In this document: positions 39,207-47,783 of the stretch, piece by piece
Layout of the letters: each line of letters opens with the position of its first letter
How positions within the stretch are numbered: the first letter of the stretch is position 1
NCBI GenBank assembly: GCA_037481835.1
Contig: JBBFKW010000003.1
Span: 1 to 64,000, forward strand
Length of the DNA stretch: 64,000 bases
Source of the DNA: Desulfosoma sp.
GTDB lineage: Bacteria > Desulfobacterota > Syntrophobacteria > Syntrophobacterales > DSM-9756
Direction of reading: 5' to 3'
Notes under the pieces: model-generated
What the model saw: only the letters and a program-made list of their open reading frames with translations
Told to the model about the DNA's origin: nothing
The model's database searches: none
Position numbers and translations under genes: made by a program

Positions 39207-40481
39207 TCACGGAGGGTTTTCCCGTTCGCAGGCCCTCTTTTCAGCGCCGTCCGGATTGGGAGCAATGCCGAGGAAGGCCAGTGCGGCGCCGGTGGCCAAA
39301 AGGCCCAGGGCCGTGTGGCCGTGCAGGCTGTGGGTGTGCTCCCAGAGCCACGGGCCCGTCAAGGCTCCGGCGACGCGGCCGGCCACAATAAGGCTGTAGT
39401 TGGCCGAAAGCCAGCGGCCTCGCGCGTTGGGGTTGAGTTCCGAAACATAAGGGAAGGAGCTGACCACGGTAAATTCGAAAGAATAAGCGATCCAGCCGAA
39501 CACGGCGATGGAGACGCCGAGAGAGGCCGGCGCGACCATGAGGGCTGCATAGGCCGTGGCCGCGCCCAGAAGCCCTGCGGCAAGAGCGCGTTTCTTGCCC
39601 AATCGATCCACGATCAGAGCGACACTGAGCTCCGCCGCCAATTCCATGAAACCGATCACCGTGGAAAGCAGGCCCAAAGAACCGATGCCGACGTCAAAGC
39701 GCGTTTCCATCCATGCGCCGTAGACGAGCATCAGGCTCTCGTTGGCAAAGAGTGCAAAGAAGGTCACCCCCAAGGCGGGCCAAAGCTTCCGATGGGGCGT
39801 GGAGCGCGAGGCCCTGCGGGCCGCTTGGCCGGGCCCATGCCCCGAATCCGGCCTTCTCATATCCGGGATTTTTCCGGCGCACTCATGCCGCCTTTGGTAA
39901 GGATCGAAGCCCGTCCCGGAACCCTGCGGCGCCGCGGGGAGGCGTGTCGTTGCCAGGAAAAGAGCGATCCCGATCAGTCCCAAGGCCGCATAGGGGACAT
40001 GCCAGCCGTATCGGGCGATGAGAAACCCGCCCAGCGGCATGCCGACGAACCATCCCATGGACCAGGACGATTCCAGCAGCCCCAAGGCCCGGGCTCGTCC
40101 GGCATAGGGGACATGAGCGCTGACGTAAGACTGGACCGCCGGATTGTAGACGGCGTGGGCCAACCCCATGAGGACGAAGCCCGCGAGGACCCACGGGTAG
40201 GTTCGATAAAAACCGATGAATAGACCGCTCAAGGCAAAAAAGGCCAGGCCCGTGAGGAGCCCGACCTTTTCTCCCTTCTTCTCGGAAAGGATGCCGAAGA
40301 CAATGCCGGAAAGGCCGACGAAGGACCGTGCGGCCACCAGAAACCCGGCCTGTTCCATGCCGATCCCCAGACCGCGGGCGATGGTGGGAAGGAAAGGGTA
40401 GGCCAACCGCACCCCGGCATTGAGCCATAGGCGGCTGAAGATGAGAATCCACCATCGGCTCGGCGGCATTCCCAAAAGCAC
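39207..40481 (-). CDS. MFS transporter
   Basis: About 12 hydrophobic segments, motif A-like G.LSEKKG and DRLGKK; AAGGAGG 8 nt before GTG 40481. Confidence 0.85.
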   Translation of the reverse strand: MLLGMPPSRWWILIFSRLWLNAGVRLAYPFLPTIARGLGIGMEQAGFLVAARSFVGLSGIVFGILSEKKGEKVGLLTGLAFFALSGLFIGFYRTYPWVLAGFVLMGLAHAVYNPAVQSYVSAHVPYAGRARALGLLESSWSMGWFVGMPLGGFLIARYGWHVPYAALGLIGIALFLATTRLPAAPQGSGTGFDPYQRRHECAGKIPDMRRPDSGHGPGQAARRASRSTPHRKLWPALGVTFFALFANESLMLVYGAWMETRFDVGIGSLGLLSTVIGFMELAAELSVALIVDRLGKKRALAAGLLGAATAYAALMVAPASLGVSIAVFGWIAYSFEFTVVSSFPYVSELNPNARGRWLSANYSLIVAGRVAGALTGPWLWEHTHSLHGHTALGLLATGAALAFLGIAPNPDGAEKRACERENPP

Positions 40482-40641
40482 CTGAAGGGCCTCCTTGGAG
40501 CTTCGGCATGATAGGCCCGCAAGAGAATACCCCCTGGCGGAGGTGGTCGTAGTCCCGGCGGGCCGCCCAAAGCCCGGGACATTACCAGAAGGCCCTCCCG
40601 TTGTCGCGCAAAAACAGCTCGAGATCCCATGCCGTCGAGCA

Positions 40642-41004
40642 TCAACTCCAATGGGCTTCCGCATTCGGGGCCGTCGAGGGGGTGAGCTCGCCTTTTTGGA
40701 AGCAGGCGATAGCTTCCTTTACGGTACCCGAAACCCCCACGTAAACGGGAATGCCTGCGGCCTGAAGCACCTGGAAAGCCTTGGGACCGCAGTGCCCGGT
40801 GAGGACGGCGTCGGGTTTCTTTCTGGCGATCAAGGATGCCGCCTGCACGCCGGCGCCCTGAGCGGCCTGAAGATTTTGGGTGTTGGAGACGACCTCAAAG
40901 GCCAGGGTTTCCGTGTCCACCAAAAGGAAACACGCAGCCCGGCCGAACCTCGGATCCACCTGGGAATCCAGATCCTTTCCCGTACAGCTCACGGCGACTT
41001 TCAT
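40642..41004 (-). CDS. NifB/NifX family (FeMo-co-binding-like) Orp-type protein
   Basis: VDPRFGRA..F, GAG.QAA, TG.CGPKAF..L, C-terminal HW. Confidence 0.88.
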   Translation of the reverse strand: MKVAVSCTGKDLDSQVDPRFGRAACFLLVDTETLAFEVVSNTQNLQAAQGAGVQAASLIARKKPDAVLTGHCGPKAFQVLQAAGIPVYVGVSGTVKEAIACFQKGELTPSTAPNAEAHWS

Positions 41005-41064
41005 CCGCGCTCTCCTTCCAACGGTTTCATCATGTCCAACGGTTTCAGCATGCGGCCGACTCGG

Positions 41065-42324
41065 TCAATGATCGCAGACATTGGCGCCGCATTCCAAGGT
41101 GCCTTCCAAATAGCGCCGCACAAGATTGCGGGGATCGTCGGCGGGAGCACCCGTCAGCACCCGGATCCCCCTCTCTTCAAAAAGACCGATGGCCCGTTGT
41201 CCCATCCCTCCGGCAATGACCATCCCCACACCCTGATCGGCCAGCCAACGCGGCAGAAGGCCGGGCTCATGAGGAGGTGGTGTCACTTCGGTGTGGTTTT
41301 GGATTTGCGAGTCGCGGACGTCCACAAGGACGAACTTTTCACAATGCCCGAAGTGGTTGCAAAGCTTTCCGTCGGCGGTGGGAACGGCGATGCGCAAGAC
41401 GTTCGGTTCCATGGCGGGTTTCTCCTCGTTTTGATCTGTCGGGCCTTTTTCGGTTTTGAAGCCGAGCGGCGGGGAACACCGTTCGATGACCTGATCCGTC
41501 AAAGCGTTCAAGGCGCAGGCAAACGGACCGTTTTCCGATCGACCGAGCTGCAGGGTCGTTCCGGCATCCCCGGCGTTCACCACGCTGAGATCGAAGGGCA
41601 AACTCCCCAGGAAGTGAACCTGCATCCGCTCGGCGGTTTTCCGGCCCCCTCCGGATCCAAAAAGGGGCACTTCCTTGCCGCAATGCGGGCACACCAACGC
41701 ACTCATGTTTTCCACCAGGCCCAGGATCGGCACATGGGCCTGACGGCAGAAGTTGATGGATTTTCGAACGTCCTGCAGCGCGATTTCCTGGGGCGTGGTG
41801 ACGATCACGGCGTGAACGTCCGGGATGGTTTGCGCAATGCTTAAAGGCTCATCGCCCGTTCCCGGCGGGCAGTCCACGATCAGGTAGTCCAGACTGCCCC
41901 AATGGACCTGACCGATAAACTGCTTGATGACCCCATGTTTCACGGGCCCTCTCCAAATCACGGCGGCATCGGGATCATCCAGCAGGAGCTGGATGGACAC
42001 CACATGGAGGTTTTCCGTCAGGGCATGGGGAACCAATCGCTTTTGGTCGTCCACGTGAAAAGTTCCCTGAACCCCGAGGATCTTGGGGATGCTGGGCCCG
42101 TGGAGGTCCACGTCGAGGAGCCCCACCATGAAGCCTCTTCGTGCCAGGGCAACGGCCAAGCCCGCCGCCACACTGCTTTTGCCCACCCCGCCTTTCCCGC
42201 TCATGACCAACAGCTTGTGGCCGATGCGGCGCAATTGTTCGTGCACCAAACGGTCCTCGTCCCTTTCGGCATGGGCCGTCTTGGCCGAGCATTCAGAATC
42301 TCCGTGATGACATGCCTGCGTCAT
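41065..42324 (-). CDS. Mrp/ApbC Fe-S carrier ATPase fused to NifB/NifX domain (MrpORP-like)
   Basis: SGKGGVGKS, DVDLHGP, WRGP, DCPPGTGD, ENMS...CPHC; C-terminal HFGHC and PPPHEPGLLP; RBS GGAGG. Confidence 0.9.
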   Translation of the reverse strand: MTQACHHGDSECSAKTAHAERDEDRLVHEQLRRIGHKLLVMSGKGGVGKSSVAAGLAVALARRGFMVGLLDVDLHGPSIPKILGVQGTFHVDDQKRLVPHALTENLHVVSIQLLLDDPDAAVIWRGPVKHGVIKQFIGQVHWGSLDYLIVDCPPGTGDEPLSIAQTIPDVHAVIVTTPQEIALQDVRKSINFCRQAHVPILGLVENMSALVCPHCGKEVPLFGSGGGRKTAERMQVHFLGSLPFDLSVVNAGDAGTTLQLGRSENGPFACALNALTDQVIERCSPPLGFKTEKGPTDQNEEKPAMEPNVLRIAVPTADGKLCNHFGHCEKFVLVDVRDSQIQNHTEVTPPPHEPGLLPRWLADQGVGMVIAGGMGQRAIGLFEERGIRVLTGAPADDPRNLVRRYLEGTLECGANVCDH

Positions 42325-42409
42325 GATGTCTTGAACCTCCTTTGCATGAACGCGATGAATCCGTGCATGGCTTGAAAAAGTTTTTAGGAATGAACCCCGT
42401 GAAGCCATA

Positions 42410-42426
42410 GTCAAGGACCGTGCCAG
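42410..42426 (-). promoter_or_regulatory. Sigma54 (-24/-12) promoter
   Basis: Minus strand CTGGCACGGTCCTTGAC (TGGCAC-N5-TTGA) about 90 nt upstream of the Mrp gene. Confidence 0.65.
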
Positions 42427-42768
42427 GCGCGCGTTCCCATGGCGGGCCTTCTCCGAATGCTTTTGGGAGGTGGGAAACCGGGGGGGCGCGGAGCCGGCGC
42501 GGACCCGGCCGGGCGAAGAAAAGGGAACAAAATGCATCCCCTAAAATTTCTCCCGGTGCCGTTTTGAGGCGACGGGGCGGGGGAGCGGGCTGGGGCGATG
42601 GCGCGGGAGTTTCGGGGGTTTTATTGATCTGTGGGCAAGGAAACAGTGTTGGGGTTCGCTGGGGCGGTGGTTTGCGGAGGGAAACTCTCTTCGGCTTGGA
42701 AGGCGGGACGGGCCCGAAAAGACAGTGCGCAGCGGGAGGAAGGGAGCCGTGGGGGAAGGGCGCAGGGG

Positions 42769-44196
42769 TCAGGAGGCGGCGGGGGTGGAGGAGGATTTGC
42801 GAGCTCTGGGCGGGATGAGGGAGTCCAGGCGGTGTCTGAGGATCTTTCGGCGGAGCGTGTTCTTGTCGATGCCCAGTTCGCGGGCCGTCGCCATGCGTTT
42901 CCACTGATTGCGCTCCAAGGCTTCCCAAATGGCGCGCTTTTCAATGTCGTCCAGGCTCCAGCCTCGGGGCGGTTCGAAGCCTTCCCGCACTTTCTGAAGA
43001 TGCTCGGGCAGATGTTCGGGGCGGATCCAGCCTTCGCGGCACAAGATGAAGGCGTGCTCCACGGCGTTTTCCAGTTCCCGGATATTGCCGGGCCAGTCAT
43101 GTGTCATGAAGATGTGCAGGGCTTCATGGCTCAAGCCATAAATTTTTTTGTTTTGCACGCGGTTGAAGCGCTCTACGAAGTGGTTCACCAACAAGGGGAT
43201 GTCTTCGCGGCGTTGGGACAGGGGCGGCAGCCACAGCTTGACCACATTGATCCGGTAAAAGAGATCTTTCCGGAACAGCCCCTCTTCCACCAGCTGCTCC
43301 AGATCCTTGTTGGATGCGGCGATGATGCGCACATCGGCCTTGCAGCTCTTGGAAGAGCCCAAGGGTTCGTAGACGCGTTCCTCCAAGACCCGAAGGAGCC
43401 GAACCTGCAAGGCCGGCGACACATCCCCGATTTCATCCAGAAACAGGGTCCCGCCTTCCGCCAGGGCGAAACGGCCGCTTCGGTTTCGCTTGGCGTCGGT
43501 GAAGGCGCCCGCCACGTGCCCGAACAGTTCCGATTCCAAGAGGGTATCGGGTAAGGCCCCGCAGTTGACGGCCACAAAGGGCCCCTTGGCCCTTCGGCTC
43601 AGCGAATGGATGGTTCGCGCCAGGACTTCCTTGCCGGTGCCGCTGTCTCCCTGGATCAGCACCGTGCTTTCGCTTTGGGCGATCTGGGGCAGGATGGTGA
43701 AAAGGCGCTGCATGGCGGGCGCCTTGGAAAGAATGTCCCCGAACCGGTACTTCCTGTGGATTTCGCGGCGCAGCGTTTCCACTTCCGTAAGGTCACGGAA
43801 GGTTTCCACGCCGCCCACCGTATGCCCGGCATCGTCTTTGAGAAGCGCGGTGCTGATGCTGATGGGGACTTCACGGTTTTCGGCGTTGAGGATCGCCACG
43901 GCCTGTTCCACCACGGCTTTGCCCGTTTCCATGGTGTGGCGCAAGGCGCAGGCCGCCTCACAGATGTTGGCCCGAAAGACTTCGCAGCACGGCCGGCCTA
44001 GAGCCTCTTCCGCAGGAACCCCCGTGATTCTCTCCGCCGCCTTGTTGAAGAAGGTGATGCGAAAATCCGCATCCACCGTGAAGACCCCGTCGGCGATGCT
44101 GTCCAGAATGGTTCGCGCCCATTCCAAAGGCGGAGGGGATTTCGGATCTGGTGACGACACCCGCCCAGGGGTTGTCTCAGTTCGAGTGTCCGGCAT
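42769..44196 (-). CDS. PAS-domain sigma54 enhancer-binding protein, OrpR-like
   Basis: PAS with CC.....C...C, GDSGTGKE, GAFTDA, FLDEIGD, WPGNIRELEN, C-terminal HTH. Confidence 0.9.
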   Translation of the reverse strand: MPDTRTETTPGRVSSPDPKSPPPLEWARTILDSIADGVFTVDADFRITFFNKAAERITGVPAEEALGRPCCEVFRANICEAACALRHTMETGKAVVEQAVAILNAENREVPISISTALLKDDAGHTVGGVETFRDLTEVETLRREIHRKYRFGDILSKAPAMQRLFTILPQIAQSESTVLIQGDSGTGKEVLARTIHSLSRRAKGPFVAVNCGALPDTLLESELFGHVAGAFTDAKRNRSGRFALAEGGTLFLDEIGDVSPALQVRLLRVLEERVYEPLGSSKSCKADVRIIAASNKDLEQLVEEGLFRKDLFYRINVVKLWLPPLSQRREDIPLLVNHFVERFNRVQNKKIYGLSHEALHIFMTHDWPGNIRELENAVEHAFILCREGWIRPEHLPEHLQKVREGFEPPRGWSLDDIEKRAIWEALERNQWKRMATARELGIDKNTLRRKILRHRLDSLIPPRARKSSSTPAAS

Positions 44197-44246
44197 AAAC
44201 CGAGCCCCAAAAACCCGCACCGATCCCCGCCTGGCCTAAAGGCGCC

Positions 44247-44705
44247 TCAATCCCTCTTGACCACGATGACGGGTTGCTTGGCATGGCGGATCACATAGTC
44301 GGAAACCGAACCCAAAAGCACGGAACTCAGGTTGCTCCGGCCGTGGGAGCCCAAGATGATCGCCGACACGTTTTCCTCGTCGGCGACTTCCAAAATTTTA
44401 ACATGGGGAACGCCCTCTTCCAGCCGCGTTGTCACGTCAAAGCCCGCGGCCTTGAGCTCCTCTTCGATCGGGCGCATGTCCTCCCAGGCCTCCTGCCGAA
44501 GCGACTCCAGGACCTCTTTGAGGAAGGTGGCCACATCTTTTCCGGAAAGCGCCACACCCTTGGCGATGCACGCCATGGTCTTGTCGTTGAGCACCCGGAG
44601 GACGATGACGTGTTTGGCTCCGGCCCCTCTGAGGACTTTGAGGTATTGGAGCGCCTTGCGGGAGACTTGGGAAAAATCCGTGGGGTAGAGAATCTTTTCG
44701 AACAT
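44247..44705 (-). CDS. Universal stress protein
   Basis: KILYPTDFS, ILGSHGR...LGSVS. Confidence 0.92.
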   Translation of the reverse strand: MFEKILYPTDFSQVSRKALQYLKVLRGAGAKHVIVLRVLNDKTMACIAKGVALSGKDVATFLKEVLESLRQEAWEDMRPIEEELKAAGFDVTTRLEEGVPHVKILEVADEENVSAIILGSHGRSNLSSVLLGSVSDYVIRHAKQPVIVVKRD

Positions 44706-44718
44706 GAGGAGCCCCTCC

Positions 44719-45645
44719 TTACGCCTGCGCGGTTCCCATCCCCCGCGGACTCTGCTCCACAGGCTTGGGGACGCCGCACTCTAAGTTTTCCAGCAAAGCC
44801 TTCAGCCCGTTCCAGACCTCTTGAATGGATCGCACCACCGGCGTTTCACCGTAGTCCACCAGGCTCCGGCCGTCAACCTGAGAGCGTGTCACCAAGGGGT
44901 CGAAGGGGATGAAGCCGAGAAAGGCCGCCCCTCGTGCGCAGGTCTCTTGCGCAATCCGATGCGCTTCTTGGGGGTGCACGTCCCATTTATTCACACACAC
45001 GGCGGCGGGAACTCGAAAATGACCCGCCAGGGCAAGAACGCGTTCCATGTCGTGACGCCCGGTCACCGTCGGTTCGGCCACCACGAGGACGGCGTCGGCG
45101 TTGCCCATGGAGGCGATCACCGGGCATCCCACACCCGGCGGCCCGTCAGTCAGGATGAGATCGATATGGCGGCTTTCAGCGAGGCGGCGCGCTTCCCGCC
45201 GGACGAGGGCCACCAATTTCCCCGAATTTTCTTCAGCGATCCCCAGCCGGGCGTGGACCATGGGGCCGTAGGCCGTTTCGGACACATGCCAGAGGCCGCA
45301 AGTCTTTTCGAAAAAATCCACCGCGCGATCGGGGCACAAATGGGCGCATACGCCGCAGCCTTCACACAGCAGCGGTTCCACGCGAAAAGCCTCGTCGATG
45401 GCGTTAAACCGGCACCATTTCCGGCATAGGCCGCACCGGGTGCAGCGCTCCAGGTTGATTTGAGCGTCGTGGCCGGACACGAAATCGTGGGTTTCCAAGA
45501 TCCGAGGCCGGGTCACAAGGTGCAGGTCGGCCGCGTCCACATCTGCATCACACAAGACGACTTTTCCGGCAAGAGCCGCGAATGCCGCAACAAGACTCGT
45601 CTTTCCCGTGCCGCCTTTGCCGCTGATGACGACCAATTCCCTCAT
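44719..45645 (-). CDS. P-loop ATPase with 2x4Fe-4S insert (Orp-type MinD/CobQ family)
   Basis: SGKGGTGKT, DADVDAADL, two ferredoxin motifs, ENSGKLV, DGPPGVGCP. Confidence 0.88.
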   Translation of the reverse strand: MRELVVISGKGGTGKTSLVAAFAALAGKVVLCDADVDAADLHLVTRPRILETHDFVSGHDAQINLERCTRCGLCRKWCRFNAIDEAFRVEPLLCEGCGVCAHLCPDRAVDFFEKTCGLWHVSETAYGPMVHARLGIAEENSGKLVALVRREARRLAESRHIDLILTDGPPGVGCPVIASMGNADAVLVVAEPTVTGRHDMERVLALAGHFRVPAAVCVNKWDVHPQEAHRIAQETCARGAAFLGFIPFDPLVTRSQVDGRSLVDYGETPVVRSIQEVWNGLKALLENLECGVPKPVEQSPRGMGTAQA

Positions 45646-46553
45646 GCCGAAACCTCGCGCATCTCGGGCACTGAAGCCCGGCCTCCGGGTATAGCGCCGG
45701 AGCGGGCCTGCTTCAGTTCACGAGTCACGGCGTCGTAGAGCCGCTGCATCATCTCTTTCCATTCGGGAAAAACTTCCACGAGGAGACGCCCCTGGGCGTA
45801 GTGTTCTGCCACTTTTCGATCGAAGGGGATTTCCAGGAGTATGGGCAGGTTTTCTCGACGGGCGAAGTCACGGATGCGGTCGTCTCCAATGTCGCATCGG
45901 TTGACGACAAGCCCGCAGGGAATCCCCATCCTTCTCACGGCGGCGACGGCCAGGGCGAGGTCATTTAGCCCGAAGGGCGTCGGTTCGGTCACCAGAAGGA
46001 CGTAGTCGGCTCCCCAGAGGCTGGCCACCACGGGACAGGACGTGCCCGGCGGCGCGTCCACGACCATCACGGCACACTGCGGGATTTCCGAGGCCGCCCG
46101 GCGCACGTTTCGGATCAAGGGCGGGGCCATGGCTTCTCCGATTCTCAGCGTGCCGTTCACAAAAAGGATGGAGCCGCGACGCCCGGTGCGCCGCTCCCCG
46201 ATCTGTCGAGACCCCCACGAGATCGCCTCCGCGGGACACACCAGCGCGCAGCCGCCGCAACTGTGGCACAATTCGGGGAAGGCGAGGACGGTTTCGGGCA
46301 GCACTGCGATGGCCTTGAACCGGCACAGATCCTGACACGCCCCGCACAGGGTGCATTTTTCCGCATCGATGACCGGGACGTCCACCGTGACCGGGACCGT
46401 GTGATCCCATTGCGGTTTCAAAAACAAATGGGCGTTGGGTTCTTCCACGTCGCAGTCGGCCAAAACCACCGGATGCTCGAGAGCCGCCGCCAGGTTGCAG
46501 GCCACGGTGGTTTTTCCCGTCCCGCCCTTGCCGCTTGCGATGGCGAGGATCAT
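45642..46553 (-). CDS. P-loop ATPase with 2x4Fe-4S insert (paralog)
   Basis: ASGKGGTGKT, DCDVEEPN, two ferredoxin motifs, DAPPGTSCP, EPTPFG. Confidence 0.88.
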   Translation of the reverse strand: MILAIASGKGGTGKTTVACNLAAALEHPVVLADCDVEEPNAHLFLKPQWDHTVPVTVDVPVIDAEKCTLCGACQDLCRFKAIAVLPETVLAFPELCHSCGGCALVCPAEAISWGSRQIGERRTGRRGSILFVNGTLRIGEAMAPPLIRNVRRAASEIPQCAVMVVDAPPGTSCPVVASLWGADYVLLVTEPTPFGLNDLALAVAAVRRMGIPCGLVVNRCDIGDDRIRDFARRENLPILLEIPFDRKVAEHYAQGRLLVEVFPEWKEMMQRLYDAVTRELKQARSGAIPGGRASVPEMREVSA

Positions 46554-47197
46554 GTGGCATCCCCCCGCACCATGGCCTTCCCGCACTTGGGACAGGTCAT
46601 CTGCACGCATGGCACGCCTTGCCGATGGGGCACCTTTTCGCCGCAAGCGGGGCATACGCAGAAAGCGGGAGCCCCCTGGGCGCCGCGGCCCATGCCGGCC
46701 CCCTGTGCCGCTCCTCCCCGGCATCGACCGCCTTGTCCCTGGCCCCTGCCTGGCCCTTTCCCTGCACCCCCGCCCGAACCTCCGAAGCCTCTGCCTTTCC
46801 CCGGCGCCATGATCTTTTCTCCTTCCTTGTCCAAAGAGGACCGACATGATCGGTACCGCCTCGGCCCGCCACATCCCGGCAGCCAAAAGGCGGGCTGATC
46901 CAACCGCCCGCTGCGGTAGGCCCGGATCACTTCCTCCACCTCCCCCGCCACGCCGTGCAGCACGCGAAGGCCAAGGCCCTCGGCGTACAGGAGCAATTCC
47001 CGGCTGACGGCCCCGCAGATCAGGGTGGCAGCCTTTCGGGCTTTAAGCCTCTCCAGCCTTTCATATGGGTTGGAACCGCCCACATCCAAAACGCGTGCGG
47101 CCCAATCCCCCTCACCGCACACGTCGATGAGAAGAATCTGGCTACACCAGTCCAAAACCGGCGCCACCCGGCCCTTGGATACGGCCACAGCGAGCAT
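46550..47197 (-). CDS. NifB/NifX-like protein with Gly-rich linker and C-terminal Cys-rich zinc-ribbon
   Basis: RVAPVLD, LICGAVS, FWLPGC; GRG-rich stretch; CVCPACG...GVPC...CPKCG; RBS GAGGAGG. Confidence 0.75.
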   Translation of the reverse strand: MLAVAVSKGRVAPVLDWCSQILLIDVCGEGDWAARVLDVGGSNPYERLERLKARKAATLICGAVSRELLLYAEGLGLRVLHGVAGEVEEVIRAYRSGRLDQPAFWLPGCGGPRRYRSCRSSLDKEGEKIMAPGKGRGFGGSGGGAGKGPGRGQGQGGRCRGGAAQGAGMGRGAQGAPAFCVCPACGEKVPHRQGVPCVQMTCPKCGKAMVRGDAT

Positions 47198-47231
47198 GGG
47201 TTTCCTCCTCGTGGGGGTCGAAGACCGAAGG

Positions 47232-47248
47232 GGCAAGTTCCATGCCCA
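47232..47248 (-). promoter_or_regulatory. Sigma54 (-24/-12) promoter
   Basis: Minus strand TGGGCATGGAACTTGCC (GG-N10-GC) about 35 nt upstream of ATG 47197. Confidence 0.6.
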
Positions 47249-47433
47249 AGGCGGCTGGCCGTCCATGGGACTTCAACCCAGCGGCGCTGCACCTCAAAAA
47301 AACGCGGGAAAGGAAAGCCGGGCGGCGAAAGAACGACGGGGGAAAGTGCCCGGGGCCGAAAAAGGAAGGGTGCGCATCGTTCCCGATAAAAGGCAGCCAG
47401 GGAACGATGTGCACCGTCAAAAGAGCAGGCCGG

Positions 47434-47622
47434 TCATTTCTGGGATTTGTAGCTTTCTTGGAAAACCTGGGGGTTCACGTTGCCCGAACCGGGGCCGCCG
47501 CATTCCGGAATGTAGCAGGTCACATCGAGGAACTCACATTTTTCCTTGCACGAAGGGCATGTTTCCGGGGGGCTTACGGCATCCAGGGTGTGGCCGCACT
47601 TGTTGCATTTCCACATGGTCAT
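47434..47622 (-). CDS. Small rubredoxin-like metal-binding protein
   Basis: WKCNKCG...PETCPSC...C...TCYIPECGG; RBS GGAGGAG. Confidence 0.8.
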   Translation of the reverse strand: MTMWKCNKCGHTLDAVSPPETCPSCKEKCEFLDVTCYIPECGGPGSGNVNPQVFQESYKSQK

Positions 47623-47783
47623 GGCGTCTCCTCCTTCCAAACGATCTCGGCGATGGCAAACAGTTGAGAGTCGACCCCATAAAGAGCCGACTCGATCCTT
47701 TGTTTCCACCCATAACACACTTTGAAAGGAAAGACACCGTGATCCGGCGAATCCGAGGCGCCGGCGGAACCGGCCCCATCCCA

